A DNA stretch of 64,000 nt from Octopus sinensis (taxonomy: Eukaryota): assembly GCF_006345805.1 (NCBI RefSeq), contig NC_043011.1, positions 27,540,464 to 27,604,463 of the forward strand, in the 5' to 3' direction. The position numbers were made by a program, and so were the translations under genes. Numbering within the stretch: position 1 is the first letter of the stretch; every line of letters starts with the position of its first letter. This document shows positions 24,694 to 39,418 of this stretch, piece by piece. Under the pieces are notes generated by a model. It saw only the letters and a list, made by a program, of their open reading frames with translations, did no database searches and had not been told where the DNA came from.

Positions 24694-24820
24694 ATCTTAC
24701 AGCTGTTTCGGCCATGCAGATATGTGTGTCTCATTATGCTCATATTATCCATGTGTGATAGGTCAATATGTAGTTATAAATGAGACACTTACAAAAATAT
24801 CCCTAGGCCTCTTCAGAGAT
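24694..24820 (-). ncRNA. Type I hammerhead ribozyme with 100-nt stem II
   Basis: AUCU-CUGAAGA-GGCC..(GAUAU/AUAUC, GUGUCUCAUU/AAUGAGACAC)..GGCC-GAAA-C-AGCU-GU-A^-AGAU. Confidence 0.85.
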
Positions 24821-24935
24821 TATGAAATACAAACTAAATTAAATATGAATATCAGAGGAGGTACGCCCATACAAGAGTGGGTATATACCAATGATATATA
24901 ATATACACATATATATGAGTGCATATACCCATACT

Positions 24936-24974
<39 letters not shown>

Positions 24975-26872
24975 TATGCATAATAATAATATAAATCAAT
25001 ATACATACATATGTTCTATATTCAATGTTACAGTTGGTCAACATAATATTATGATATTACAATGTAGAAAACATACACATATTCATATTCAAATGCAGAT
25101 ATACAAAGTCAAGAGTACATTATATTAAGTTACAAAATGTCATTAATATTAACATTATTACTATTATCATTACCACTATTGCTACTAATATCATTATTAT
25201 TATTATTAATAACATTAATACCAGCAAAACATTATATGCATCACACGGTTAGCAACATGATAGCAAAAACAACAACAACAATTATACTACAGTACCATGC
25301 AAAGCATTAACGATCGGCATATATATATAAAATGAAAAATAAAAACATTGGTTTACATGATATTAAGTTCCACAAGTGTATAAATGTACATGCGAGTGCA
25401 TTCCATAATTTCGACTATGACACATATACAGTATTATGTTCAGAAATAGTTAAGAATCGAACGCTAAATATGATTGGCCTGTACATTTAAATTTCAATTG
25501 TCTTCTTTACGGTTGGTTTGTTAAGAAACACACACACGCACACATGCAAACGTGCGCCCACATACACATAGATGGACAAACCACAACACAGGAGATACCA
25601 GCCTCCCCCCACACATGTTTACATACAAATCTACTCGCATATATCCATAAAAATAGCCAAGGTTGTGAGGAGTTTTCAGGACATTTATAATGAAATAGTT
25701 TTACACCTGTTTCTGGGATGTTATGGATATCATTTTGTCAGAGACAGTGTGAGAAAATATTTGAGTTGGAATTATTGTGGAAAAGGAGGAGATACGGAAT
25801 GTAGAGGGAAATAAGAGAATGAAAGTAGAAATAAGATATATAAAGATATTGTAGTTGCAGTTCCATTATTCGAGGAAAATGATGTAAAGAAGTGGTAAAA
25901 ACTTTCTTGTACATGTCATTTTAAAGTATGGAGCCAGGGAGTCAGTGCGGCTCGTTCGAAAGGGTGCTGTGGTGTGAATCAAACTTTGAGAATGTATTGG
26001 TAGTATTTGTAGATAGATGGTAGGAGGATAGATGCATATGATTAGAAAAAGGAGATAGGTCAAAATGAAAACAGGAAGACAAAATGAGAGGAAGAAAGAG
26101 AGAAAAAGAAAAAAGAAAAAAGGGTGAAAGATGTGAGAAAAGGAATGTTAGTTAGTAGTTAAGGTAATGTAATGGGAGAATGGGAGGGGTGTGGGGGAGG
26201 GAAAGGAAGATATGAGAAGGTAAGGAGTAAAAGAATGTGAGATATATGAGTAGGGGTGATATGATAGCTCTGTCATATATTTCTATTCTTGATTGTTCGT
26301 GTTCGTGTATCTGTGTGTATGTGTGTTTGTATGTGTGTTTTCTAAGGCTTGTGTGCATGTATCCATGTATTATGTGCGTATTTGTACAGATATTCATGTT
26401 AAAGTATACGTCATACATAAGGAATAATCTGATTGTGTACATATTACACATTAAATATAGGGAGAGACAGATGGGTAGACTGATCGATAGATATTCAGTT
26501 AGTAAAATCGATAGACAGATAGATAGATTCATAGATAAATAGATAGATTGACTGATTTCTTCATTGACAGATAGATAGATTCAAAATAGTTAGGTAGGGT
26601 GAAGGATTCAGAAGAGAACCCAGAAAGATTGGAGAATGTGAGAACTTAAATAAAACTTATAAACATTTGGGCATATAGTATTTACGTATGTATATATATA
26701 TATATATATATATATCCGAATGTAAGACTATTTGTGTATCTGTGAATGTCTCTGTGTGTACTAACCATACAATCGCAAACATACTCACAAACACGTGCAC
26801 ACAAACACATATGCATAAGAGCGCGTGTGTATGTATTATATATAAATATATTCGCATTTACATACACGCATA

Positions 26873-26955
<83 letters not shown>

Positions 26956-27446
26956 TATTATACATACATATATATATATATACATATATATGTATGTATA
27001 TATATATTATATATTCTAAGACTATATTAATCAAGTTACAGGAGACCTGATAGCCAATTACTTTGACCACACGATATGATAGGTATTTATTAAATTAACA
27101 CATAATTTAAAAATCACGTAATGTTCACTGCGTGTAATATGATTAATATGATGCAGACAAGAACACCAGACTATAGACTGTTCATTATGTATTATAAGTA
27201 TAAAATTTCTTTTGCAATAAAATTCTGGAGCCAGCTTTCCTTTCATCTTCACGTTAAACCAAATTTTATGAATCAACAAAGAGGGGAGAGAATCAGCGCA
27301 TCTTCGCTAAAGTTGTTAATATTAGGTACCATGGCGAACACTACAGTTCGCCTCAGAATGTGTTTCAAAGAATGTAAGGACAATCTGAATAAATAAAGTG
27401 TGCGCTAACACGGTAAATAGTGTGTGTGTGTGTGTGTGTGTGTGTG

Positions 27447-27485
<39 letters not shown>

Positions 27486-28079
27486 TGCATAGCCACGGCT
27501 GGAGTGCTTGGATAATACGTATGCTCGATTATAGTCGACCTATCACTAGCAAATACGGTCATAGCAAAAACAGCAACAATAACAAGATCGCCAGCACACC
27601 AAGTAAGCATAGTGAGCCATTATTATGGGAATTCTTTCTTTTCTGTGGTTGTTCGATTTCGTCGCCGTAGTAATCACGAAACTACTCTAACAATGTCTGC
27701 CGCCTTAATGAAAGCGGAAGAGGGGGGGGGGAGAGTAAAATAATATAATTTCAAGAAGACAATAACTGAAAAGAGCGAAAGAGAGAAAACACTGGAATAG
27801 CTGATCATAAGTTTACCGGATCGGAATTTGGCCTGCGGCTCAAAAAAAAAAAAAAAAAAAAAAAAAACAACCACAACAACAGCAAAAGCAAAATGACGAG
27901 CAGCAAAAACCCGACAAAAGCAAAAAGAAAAAAAAAAACGGAAATGAAAATCCACAACGACGGGACGTAATCGTGGTCCACAGAGGGATCGCGTTTTAAA
28001 ATATAATTCTACATCATCATCATAACTGGAAGCTCTTTGATTTTATCTCTTCTGGATCACAGCTCAACGAGGATTCCTC

Positions 28080-28460
<381 letters not shown>

Positions 28461-28869
28461 CCTCACCGTCATCATCATCAACAAAAACAATAACTAGTAA
28501 CGAACAATATTTCTTTCGATTTTTTGGTGATAATTACGTTTGCAACCAAAATATGAGTCTTGTTTTTGGCAAAGACAAATAAAATTAACGCTGCTGATTG
28601 AATGTTTAAATAAGGTGTCAAATGCTACTTAGACTCTCACTCAAGACGAATTTCTCCTGTTATTTTAAAATTTATTGAGAAATAATATTCCTAATTTCAC
28701 ATGCACACAGACTCACATATACACAGGCATATACTCATTCGCACACACAAACGCACATATACACAAATACATACATACTTATATACATACATACACACAC
28801 CTATGACTACAAATGGACTTGTATGAATATTATGTGTGTATGCGTGTATGCATGTATGTATATATATAT

Positions 28870-29072
28870 AGTTAATCCAAACATGAAAACACAAAGGGAA
28901 AACACAACAACGCGAGGATGTGGAACAAATATAGTATTCTTGGACGCTCAGGAAGGAAGGGAAGAAGGAGGGCTTAACGTTTCGAGCGGAGCTCTTCGTC
29001 GGAAGCATTGGCGAAGGAAAGATCCAGAGAAGGGAAGACAGAGGGAAAAAACGCCAACGGTATACACGCGGT
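28870..29072 (-). mobile_element. Penelope pLTR-like repeat with a minimal hammerhead (core U-to-C mutation) at 28972-29006
   Basis: Minus strand: GCUU-CCGACGA-A-GAGCUCCGCUC-GAAAC-GUU-AAGC. A partial second copy of this repeat lies at ~15755-15815. Confidence 0.6.
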
Positions 29073-29156
29073 ATATGCATGCATGCATGCATGTATGTAT
29101 GTATGTATGTATGTATGTATGTATGTATGTATGTATGTATGTATGTATGGTATATA

Positions 29157-29213
<57 letters not shown>

Positions 29214-29234
29214 GATATATATATATATTAAATG

Positions 29235-29697
<463 letters not shown>

Positions 29698-31379
29698 GTT
29701 TTTGCGCGCGTGTGTGTGTGTGTGTCTATGTATGTATATATGGATTGTTTCAACTGATTCCGATCTTAATGAATATATGCATTTGTGTTTGCTTGTGTGC
29801 TTGCGCCTATGTTGCTGTTTGTGCGTGAGCAAGAGTGTGTCTGTTACTATATGATCATCCGTTCCAATGGGGAATAACAGCACTTCGTATATATCGTGAA
29901 ATGCTAATGCTACACTCGGATATACTGACGTTTCTCCGCTTGTAAACTGATTTACTTTCTATTTGACTTGACATGGCAACCTCTGGAGGTATAGATACGA
30001 TATTCTTACTCTGAGTCTTTGTGATGGATCTACATGAATTTATTTTCTCCTCAAATTTAATACTAAGATTAGTTGCTTATCAGATTTTCTTAAACTTATT
30101 TGCGATTTCACTATTGGTCGTGGCATCCTCAAAAATTACAGCATTAAACATATTGCTATCGTAGCACGCCTTGTATTTAATTACTTTTTTTTATCTTCTC
30201 TAATTTCGTTTTCAGACTTTGCTTGCAGCATACTTGATGCAAACTCATGTACTGATACAGGGACTTCTCTCTGTACCTTGGGGTGGTGGTGGTCATTATG
30301 GCAATGAAAAGAATTTGTATAGAGGTTATTTCATTTCTTTTGTTATTATTCATCAGCTGTTTGACGTTGAGATCAATCGATGAAATGATTGTTTGATTAA
30401 TCGATCGTTCAGTCAATCAATCAGGTAGCTATGTTTGTCAAAGTCTTCTCATCCCCATTCGTGACCCCATCAAATCGATTAGTTAATAGGTTAAATAATT
30501 AACTACTTTAATAATAATAAAAGAACTGAAATATAACCAGTGCGTGTCCATTATCAAAATAATGATCGGCCCAATATATAACACAATTCCTTTAAATATT
30601 TTTACTATTTCCAGACATTTTCTTTGTTTCTTTGCATAACCTAGATGTAGACTTTTGTGTGTAGCGAAATAACTATATGCAGTAGATCAAATGCTGGACA
30701 TCTTTTGCCATTCATGAGGTTGGCTATGTTGTGACAAGCTTCTTATGCTTAAAAAAAGTATCTGACATTATGTTTATTTTGAATAGTGTACGATATACAA
30801 AACCCAACTTGTTTTGTTGTGAGTTCACTATAGAGATTTATAATAATGTGTGTGGAGCCTTAACAGTTTAGATGTTCTGTAAATGTTTATGTTCTCCATT
30901 CTTAACTCTCTGTACGGTACGTGTAATTTTCTGTAGCAATGTCTAGAAGCGTAGTTGATGGTGACTTTTATATCATCTGGGTGGAATTTATTACATTGAA
31001 AAGAAAACATTGTACGTTCTTTATTGTTCCATCGTCCATTGGTGTCAAGAATGGCATGAATGACGTTGCTAATGCTAATGCTGTTCAACATATCCAGTGC
31101 TATAGCAATTTCAAAAGCAGATATACGCAGATACGCAGACACACACATCAGATATACACAGCCAAACACATTGGATATATGCAACATACACATGCACACA
31201 CAAACTCCCACCACGTTTATGTATTCGTTAATCTGTTTCTCTCTTTCTCTCAAGAGAGAGAGAGAGAGACAGGGGGCAGATATATATAAACATACGTGTG
31301 TACATGTTTGTGTCTATATGTGGTGTTATATATATATATATATATAACACCCACCACATATAGACACAAACACACATAT

Positions 31380-31414
<35 letters not shown>

Positions 31415-32583
31415 AGATTCCTGTACGTATATTATCTTACATACACCTACGTACGACGTGGAGATACCTTTCCTTCCTGATGATGAATGATTGTAAATTT
31501 TATTTTAAAAGAATATCTTTTGTCATTTCTATAGTGAAGTAATAGCTATGTTTCTGGTCTACGGAAACGACTTCAGGAACCAAAAAATTCGTATATGTAA
31601 ACCGTCAGCTGGAATTTTAGCGAAAAAGAAAGAAAGAAACAAAACAGTAGTTCCTCTGCTTTGAAATAAGTTTTTAATGGATGTATTTAATACTTGCTTT
31701 TTTATTTTTATCTTATTTTTGTGTTTTATATTTAATGATATTGTTGCTTTTTGTTTGCCTGTTGCATTGTTGACTGTCATAGACTTAATCGAGACTTAAC
31801 TCTTCCTTATTTAGTGAATCATGTCTATTCCCGGATATCATAAGTTAGAAATATTTATATTATACCTGTTAGCGGTTCCTTTGTCACTGTCTCTTAATAG
31901 ACAGCAACACTTATACTTTAAAACAAAGGTGCAAGAAATACATATCTCGTGTATCTATCCAGTGGTTATGAATTGGTTTTGCACATTGAATAAAAGAGGT
32001 AAATCCGAGAATAATACAAATGTTAAAAACTTTCTATATACACTTTATGTTCTCTAAGAGATAACCACATCGTATAGTTTCTTCTTCAGCGTATTTCTGT
32101 GCTGACTTTGTACATTGTTGTGTTCGAATTAATTTTTCTTCCTTTTCAAAGCTGTACATTAAAGATATCAGGCTTCACTAAATATATCATTCTTTGCCCC
32201 ATTAATTCAAAGGGACAGAGGAAGAATAATTTTTCATGTGTTTAAGCGTGCTGTGAATCGTTATATCATTAGTAAATATAATGTGTCACCAAATTGCTCA
32301 AACTATACTTCTTCAATGAAAATAGTTTTACACTCAAGCTCGTGATTGTTGACTTATGCTACCAATTTGTGAAGTAGCTAAAACCGTCATTCCAAACAGG
32401 AGAAAAAGGGCAGGGATATTCCAATCGACACACCACCAAGCTAAAGGAGTGAAATATTTTCTTTATGCATTTCATGTCACATTGCATGAATAATAGTATC
32501 CTTAGTTGAAGATTTCCAACAGAGTAGATATCGGTTCACCGCATTTCCGACTACGAAGGTTTCAAGGGTGCATGTTAACCAGT

Positions 32584-32806
32584 GATTGCAGAAACGTTAG
32601 CGCGCCGGGCGAAATGCTTTCCAGTATTTCGTCTGCAGTTACGTTCTGAGTTCAAATTCCGCCGAGGTCGACATTGCCTTTCATCCTTTCGGGGTCGATG
32701 AAATAAGTACCAGTTACGCACTGGGGTCGATGTAATCGTCTTAATCCGTTTGTCTGTCCTTGTTTGTCCCCTCTGTGTTTAGCCCCTTGTGGGTAGTAAA
32801 GAAATA
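32584..32806 (+). mobile_element. 5'-truncated SINE family A with 17-bp target-site duplication
   Basis: GGTGCATGTTAACCAGT at 32567-32583 and 32807-32823. Confidence 0.9.
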
Positions 32807-33339
32807 GGTGCATGTTAACCAGTTAAAGGACTTACTTTTTAGCAGTGGAAAGCAGAAAGCCTAGGTGCCACATAAATTGTACCAGCAATCACTAAAGGGT
32901 TATTTGTGTCATAATCTGCATAATATTTCACAACGAGATTATGCATGCCTCTAATTTTGCAACACATTTTGGCATGAGACTCTTTGTATTATATGATGGG
33001 CAGTTCTAACCAATAAAGAAAAGATTCTACTTCGTTTCCTTACAATAGACGAAGCAGCTACAACTGGTGCATGTTTTATCATGACATAAAGAATAGAAGA
33101 CAACGGTTTAAACACTACTGTATTACAGATGAAGTATACAGCGGATGTAATTACATAGGCAAATGTTTTTTGACCGGCGACTTGAAAATTCTGCTATCTA
33201 CAGCACTGCTCATGCTGTTGCTGTTGCTGTTGAGAGAACGGTCTTCGTCCCAGAGCTCGCAAGATGGGAGAAGTCCGAAATGTGGTCCTTTGCTATTCGT
33301 AAAACCCGTAGAAGAGAAAGCAGGTTAACCCCCCCCCCC

Positions 33340-34050
33340 CCCCACCACCGACACCGAGAGCATCGACGGATGGATGAATGCGCATTCAGGCTCAGCAGTT
33401 GCGTAGGAAGTCGGGGACAAGAAACAGGAAGAAAGCGTGAGAGAAAGTTGGGGCGGAAGAGAACAACACGGGTCGCCACCACCCCCTGCCGGAGCCTCGT
33501 GGAGCTTTAGGTGTTTTCACTCAATAAACACACACAACGCCCGGTCTGGGAATCGAGACCGCGAGTCCGCTGCCCTAACCACTGGACCATTGTTGTTGCT
33601 GCTGCTGCTGATGAAACAACTGGTTATAATACTAATATTAATAATATCTTAAACTTCTGTACAAGGCCAGTAATTGTAGAAGAAGAGATTTAGTCGATTG
33701 CATCGACTCCATTTTTAAACTGGTGCTTATTTTATCGACTCATAAAGGACAAAAGATAGTGTCGACCTCGGAGCAATTTGAACTCAGAGGAAATGCCATT
33801 AAGCATATTGACCTATGTGCTTATGATTCTAGGAGCTCGACTCCTTAGAAATAATATTAATCATTTCTACTGTAGGTACAAGGCCTGTAATTTTGTGGAA
33901 GGGTCAAGTCATTTACATCTACCCATGTGTTCAATTGATACTTATTACATAGTCTCTGAAGGGAGGAAAGGCAAAATCGATATCGGCAAAATTTGAATCC
34001 AAAACGTAAGGCCGCAAGAAATGCCAATGTGCATTTTGTTTGGTGTACTA
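33340..34050 (-). mobile_element. SINE cluster: family B (~33340-33588) and two decayed family A copies
   Basis: Reverse complements of the family heads and bodies. Confidence 0.7.
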
Positions 34051-35003
34051 GAAAGACATATTTAAGTTGGAAGCCGCGCCGCCCACACTAAACAGGAAAA
34101 TATAATGGAAAACGAAGTCAAACTCGGTGGAATGAGAACGTAACGAAATACAACTAAATTACTATTCATTTCCATCATTGACAGAAATCCACAGATTTGA
34201 GATTCGTGAACAGACGAATAAAAGCATTCCAGTAATCAAGAGGATTATAAGACAAACTTGTTCTCAGAACTATTTTAGCAAATAAGACGAGGAAACCTGT
34301 GTAAATGTAAATATTGTAAACTAATTCTTTGATATTTTAATGACTTAGCCGACCATCGGCCGTATGACGAGACAAATATTAATCTAAAGAGACTTTAGTT
34401 ATTATAAGTATGTAAATGTCTGAATTTTGAGCGGACTTTTGTTGGTGTGATGTTGTTGTTGTCGACGATGTTGTTATCGTTGTTCATGTACTTGTTATTG
34501 TTGTTATTACTGCTGTTCAGTTCCAGGTGAATCGTGATAGAACAGACATATCATCCAATGCATTCCCATCTCGTTCAAATTTTCTGTTGGACGGGCTTGT
34601 CTAAAGAATATATAGTTTAATATGTTTTTGTAGTTGTTTATATTTTTAAGACGGCAGGTTAGGATGTGAGTGAATCGGACGTCTATTTCTAGTAAATCGA
34701 GCGATAAAATAGAAAGGCTTCACCAATGGGCCAATTTTTCTAAGTTTTGATGTTAGTGCATTGAATTTAGATATCGGTGTTCCTCGGATAAGGATTATGG
34801 TGGTGTGCTGTCTATAATAATGACGATGATGACAATGATGAAAATGATGGTAAAAATGGTAAAGATAATTATATTTTTATAGGATTAAAGGTAATCAGTA
34901 ACTATATTTTTTTCATTTAGGGACAATGTAAATAATGTTTTTTTTCCTGTAGAATGAAATCTTTGCTATTTACACACACATACACACACATTTATGTATG
35001 CAC

Positions 35004-35047
<44 letters not shown>

Positions 35048-36357
35048 GTGTACGCATATATATAAGGATAAATTATCCAGGCGGCTACCGTACAAGCAGT
35101 TAGTTATAATCCAGGTTATTACTAGCTTCATCGTCTTGTAGGTAGTACCTAGGATTACTTTAAAGTAATCTAGACTAGACCAACATTACAGTTCTAAAAT
35201 CGACTTACCCTAACTTATATCATTGTTTTGAATTTCAATGTGTGGAATTATATTAAAATCAATATAGAATTAAGGGTAAGACACTATGACCATTATCTGA
35301 GGTGTTTCATGATACGTAAATATATATACACATACACATACACACACACATGCACACACACACACACACGCACGCACGCACACACACAAATATATAGAAT
35401 GAGAGAAGGAGAGAACGAGAGGGAGTGAGAGGGAAAGGGAAAAAAGGGAGAGAGAGAGATTAAAGATTCCAAACAGGCAGCAATGGATGAACAGATGCCT
35501 AAGATCTGAGAAAGTCTGGTTCTATTAAATTGACAGAAAATTAGAAGCGTTCAGAATTAGTGTCTGATTGAAGAATGAAAAACATAGCCATCTTTGCACA
35601 ATAGGTATTTCACGACTGTGACAACGGCCATGATGCTGTTAACAATATTAACAATGACAAAGACATCAACAGTAGTAACCTCAGCAACAACAACAACAAC
35701 AACAACAACAACAAAAACAACAACAAAAGCAACAGCAAAAGACTGCACCAGTGACTATAATTTAAAGAAGAAAACCTGAATAAGATCGCTAGAAATATTT
35801 AAAATAACGGTCAAATCTATCTTGTATTACATTATCACATGACATCGTCTTTAAGAAAATGAAAGAAACATATAATAAAAATCGAATAAAAGGAATGGTA
35901 CAGTAAATAATGTAGTCCTGGATACATTTTGTCAGAATAAAAAATAAGTGTAAAAAGTGTGTGATTGTTGCTGAAATGTCGTTGCTCATCGTTCAGGGTT
36001 ACATGAAAAAGAAAAAAATAATAGTAGTAAGAAATAACGACAAAAAAACAAAAAAAAACCAAAGAAAAACAGCAGCAATAACTACAATACCAACGATAAC
36101 AGCAGCAGTAGCAATAACAGCGACAGCTACGACTACTCCACCATCAGTCGGTTTCTGAAAATTATCTTTTACCATTGAGTGCCTGACTCCCACACAACAG
36201 TCTATTACACGCATCCATCAAACAATTACATGCCATTCATACAAACTCTCAAGTAATGAAGTGCTTTCATTTGGTCGATTGCTTTGTCAGAAATAGTAGA
36301 CAATTGCCCTCAAAGAGACGCCCATCCAAGAATTTTAGCCTAATTTTGAGATTTGAC

Positions 36358-36495
36358 GGGGAAATTTCGAACCTGGTTTCTTATTCTTAAGGTATTTTTC
36401 GATGTTGTTGTTGTTATTATTATTATTATTGATATTATTATGGAATCGAACTCGGAATCAGTAGCCTGTGCTCTTAACAACTATGCCATATGCCC
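36358..36495 (-). mobile_element. tRNA-like head (family E) directly 3' of the Penelope ORF
   Basis: GGGCATATGGCATAGTTGTTAAGAGC...GAGTTCGATTCC...GGTTCGAAATTTCCCC; homologous to 40407-40709. Confidence 0.7.
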
Positions 36496-36539
36496 GTGGG
36501 CAATTATGGAGTGAATTTTTAAGGTTTATTAATCAAATA

Positions 36540-37665
36540 TTTTTCTATCCTTCCTTAATACCAGTTCCCATATGCTAGTCATATCTGCACTCGGTCTGCT
36601 TAGGAGGCTGTTGTGTCCTAGCATACGTGCTGCTTCTTTTAATGTTCGTATTTTCCAGTGGTGTTCTCTGTCTATTATTTTAACTTCATCCCACAGGGTG
36701 AGGTGGTCTCCATTTTTTCATACATGATCAGTTATATCCGATTTATCTATATCTCCTCGTGTCACAGCTTTGCGATATTCGTCTACCCTTATTTTGAGAG
36801 GGCGGCATGTTTCGCCTTTGTATAACCTACCACAGCTGCATGGCATGGAGTACACGCAGTCTTTGGTCATATTCTCTTCTATTGGTGGTTTTGCTCGAAG
36901 GAGATATTTGCGAAGTGTTTTATTAGTCTTGAATACTGTTCTGATGCCATATGGGCCGCATATCTTTTGTATCGTTTCGGAGAGGCCTTTGTGGACAGTT
37001 TATTGACTTGATCTCTTTTCTTCATAATTGGAGTGGGTAGTACGTTTTGGGGGTAGTTGTTGCTTATTAGATTGTTATTGAGCTTGATCATTTCTTCGTG
37101 GTGTGCATCACGATCGCTACTTATATTCTTTGCACGATGTTTTAGGCACTCAGCAATCCATCTTTTTACACTGTATGGATAGTGGAAATTGAACTTGAGG
37201 TATCGTCCAGTAAAGGTCGGCTTGCAGTATACGGATGTCCTGAATCCATACTTGGTGCGTGTTATTAATACATCCAGGAATGCTAGTTGATTGTATTTTT
37301 CCTTTTCCACTGTGAACTGTATGTATGGCTTTATTGCGTTCACATGATCTAACAGCACTTGGACATCTTCCTGGTGGGGCCAGAGTATAAAGGTGTCATC
37401 AACATATCGCAGCCATAGGATTGGTTTTAGTGGTGTTGATCCTAAAACCAAATTCTCAAAGTATTCCATGTATATATTGACTATTATCGGTGATAATGGC
37501 GATCCCATATCTAAAGTCACTTCTTGCCGATATATATATATCAGCATCCATACTGAAGTTGGTAGATTCTATACAGAATTTCAACATTTCCATCAAGTTT
37601 CTTATTGGTATACTAGTGCGTTCTTTTAGATGGGTGTCTGTCATTAGTTTATCTTGAATCACCGA
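36540..37665 (-). mobile_element. Penelope-like element: RT and decayed GIY-YIG region, 5'-truncated
   Basis: MGSPLSPIIVNIYMEYFE, LRYVDDTF, QFTVEKE, LAFLDVLI and YCKPTFTGRYL in ORF 36879-37547. Confidence 0.9.
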
Positions 37666-37764
37666 TAGTGCCGAAACGTGACAAATATCCGTCAAATGTA
37701 AATAATGTACATAATTCCTCTTCTCTTAAATATAGAACTGTAATTTTCAGATATATTAATCGTT

Positions 37765-37963
37765 TATCTTTCATGTTTCAATCATTAGATTGCGGCCATG
37801 CTGGAGCACCATCTTTAGTCGAACAAACCAATCCCTGGGCTTATTCGTTGCAAGCCTGGTACTTATTGTATCATTCTATTTTCCCGAACCGCTAAGTTAC
37901 AGGGAAATAAATACACCAGCAACGGTTGTCAAGCGATGGTAAGGGGACAAACACAGACGTACA

Positions 37964-38030
<67 letters not shown>

Positions 38031-38432
38031 GACGGGCTTCTTTCAGTTTCCGTTCGACCTGAGGCTATAGTTGAAGACACTTGCCCAAGATGCCACGAAG
38101 TGGGACTAAACCCGGAACCATTTGGTTGGGAAGCAAGCTTCTTACCATATTGCCACGCCTGCGCCTATATATCCTTCTTTTCTTTTTCACTTGTTTCCGT
38201 CATTTGACTGTGGCCATACTGGAGCACCACCTTGAAGGGTTTTTTGTCGAATAAATCGACTACAGAACTTATTATTTTTCAGCCTGTTACTTAGTCTATC
38301 AATCTATTTTGTTGAAAACCACTAACTTACGGGGGCGTATGCACAGCAACACCGGATGTCAAGCGATAATGGAGGGATAAACACAGACACAAAGACATAC
38401 ACATGGATATATACATGTTATATATGTATATG

Positions 38433-38480
<48 letters not shown>

Positions 38481-38790
38481 TCACAACGGGATTCTTTAAG
38501 TTTCCATCTACCAGATCCACTCTCAACACTTTGCTGGGCTTGAGTATATAGTAGAAGGTACTTGCCCAAGGTGCCACGCTGTGGGATTGAACCCGGGGAC
38601 ATTTGGTGGAGGAGCAAGCTTCTTACCACACAGCCACGCCTGCGCCTATGTGTATACATACATTTCCGTATATCGAACCCACCTACACGCCTTTGGTCGA
38701 CTTGAGGTTATAGTAGCAGACACTTACCCTAGGCACCACGCAATGGGACGGCATCCGGTACTTTGTGATTAAAGAGCAAGCTTCTTACTA
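37765..38790 (-). mobile_element. Three tandem or nested SINE family D copies
   Basis: Reverse complements of family D at ~37765-38165, ~38180-38645 and ~38680-38790. Confidence 0.8.
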
Positions 38791-39331
38791 GACAGCTACG
38801 ATTATATTAACCTAATTTTCCGATATAGTATCCCGTGCTTAGAGCGGTAACATGGTGTACAGTCTAGGTGGATTAATTTGAAGTTGGTTAAAGTCATTGT
38901 ATTAACAATCGTATTTGTGTATTTGCAGGCGAGTGGGTAAACACATTTTTTTGGAGCTTGCGAATTCCAATACGAACCGTTTATATTTGCTTAAACAGAC
39001 GGATGCGGGTTGTATCTTTATTGCATTAACACAAAAGAGATACCCGAAGAATAGGATAGCTGAGTCGCTAGAAAGAGCAGTTAAAACTCCAAGCCACCAA
39101 TTTTTGTAATTCCGAAAGTGATTGGAAAATAAGAATTTTTCTATTAATATTCTTGCTACCCTAAGATTTTAATTATTGATAAAATGTTTTTTGGCTAATT
39201 CTGGAAGAAAATCGGCAATTTATGTTTTTAGTGTTGAGTTCCGCTTCTGCGCGGTAGATTCGAAAAATTAGAACCTATAGACACGTGCCGGGTTATTTAT
39301 CGCTCCGTGCCTATGTGTTCAGTCCTGGCAA

Positions 39332-39418
39332 CCTACTGAAGAAGCAGCGCCAGATATAGGCTGAGGTTACTTTATTTCAGTCTGTATTTAAGTCTGCAGA
39401 AACCTTGCAGGATCTAGG
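39332..39418 (+). ncRNA. Type I hammerhead ribozyme, stem III imperfect
   Basis: CCUA-CUGAAGA-AGCAG..AGAUAUAGGCUGAG/UUCAGUCUGUAUUU..CUGCA-GAAA-CCUUGCAGGAUC^-UAGG. Confidence 0.65.

Noticed and set aside
31470-31580. CTGATGA followed by a distant GAAAC on plus strand
   Set aside because: Stems I and II cannot be formed without using core bases.
35080-35145. Hammerhead-like remnant on minus strand (CGAUGA, hairpin, GUAC)
   Set aside because: Both halves of the core are broken.
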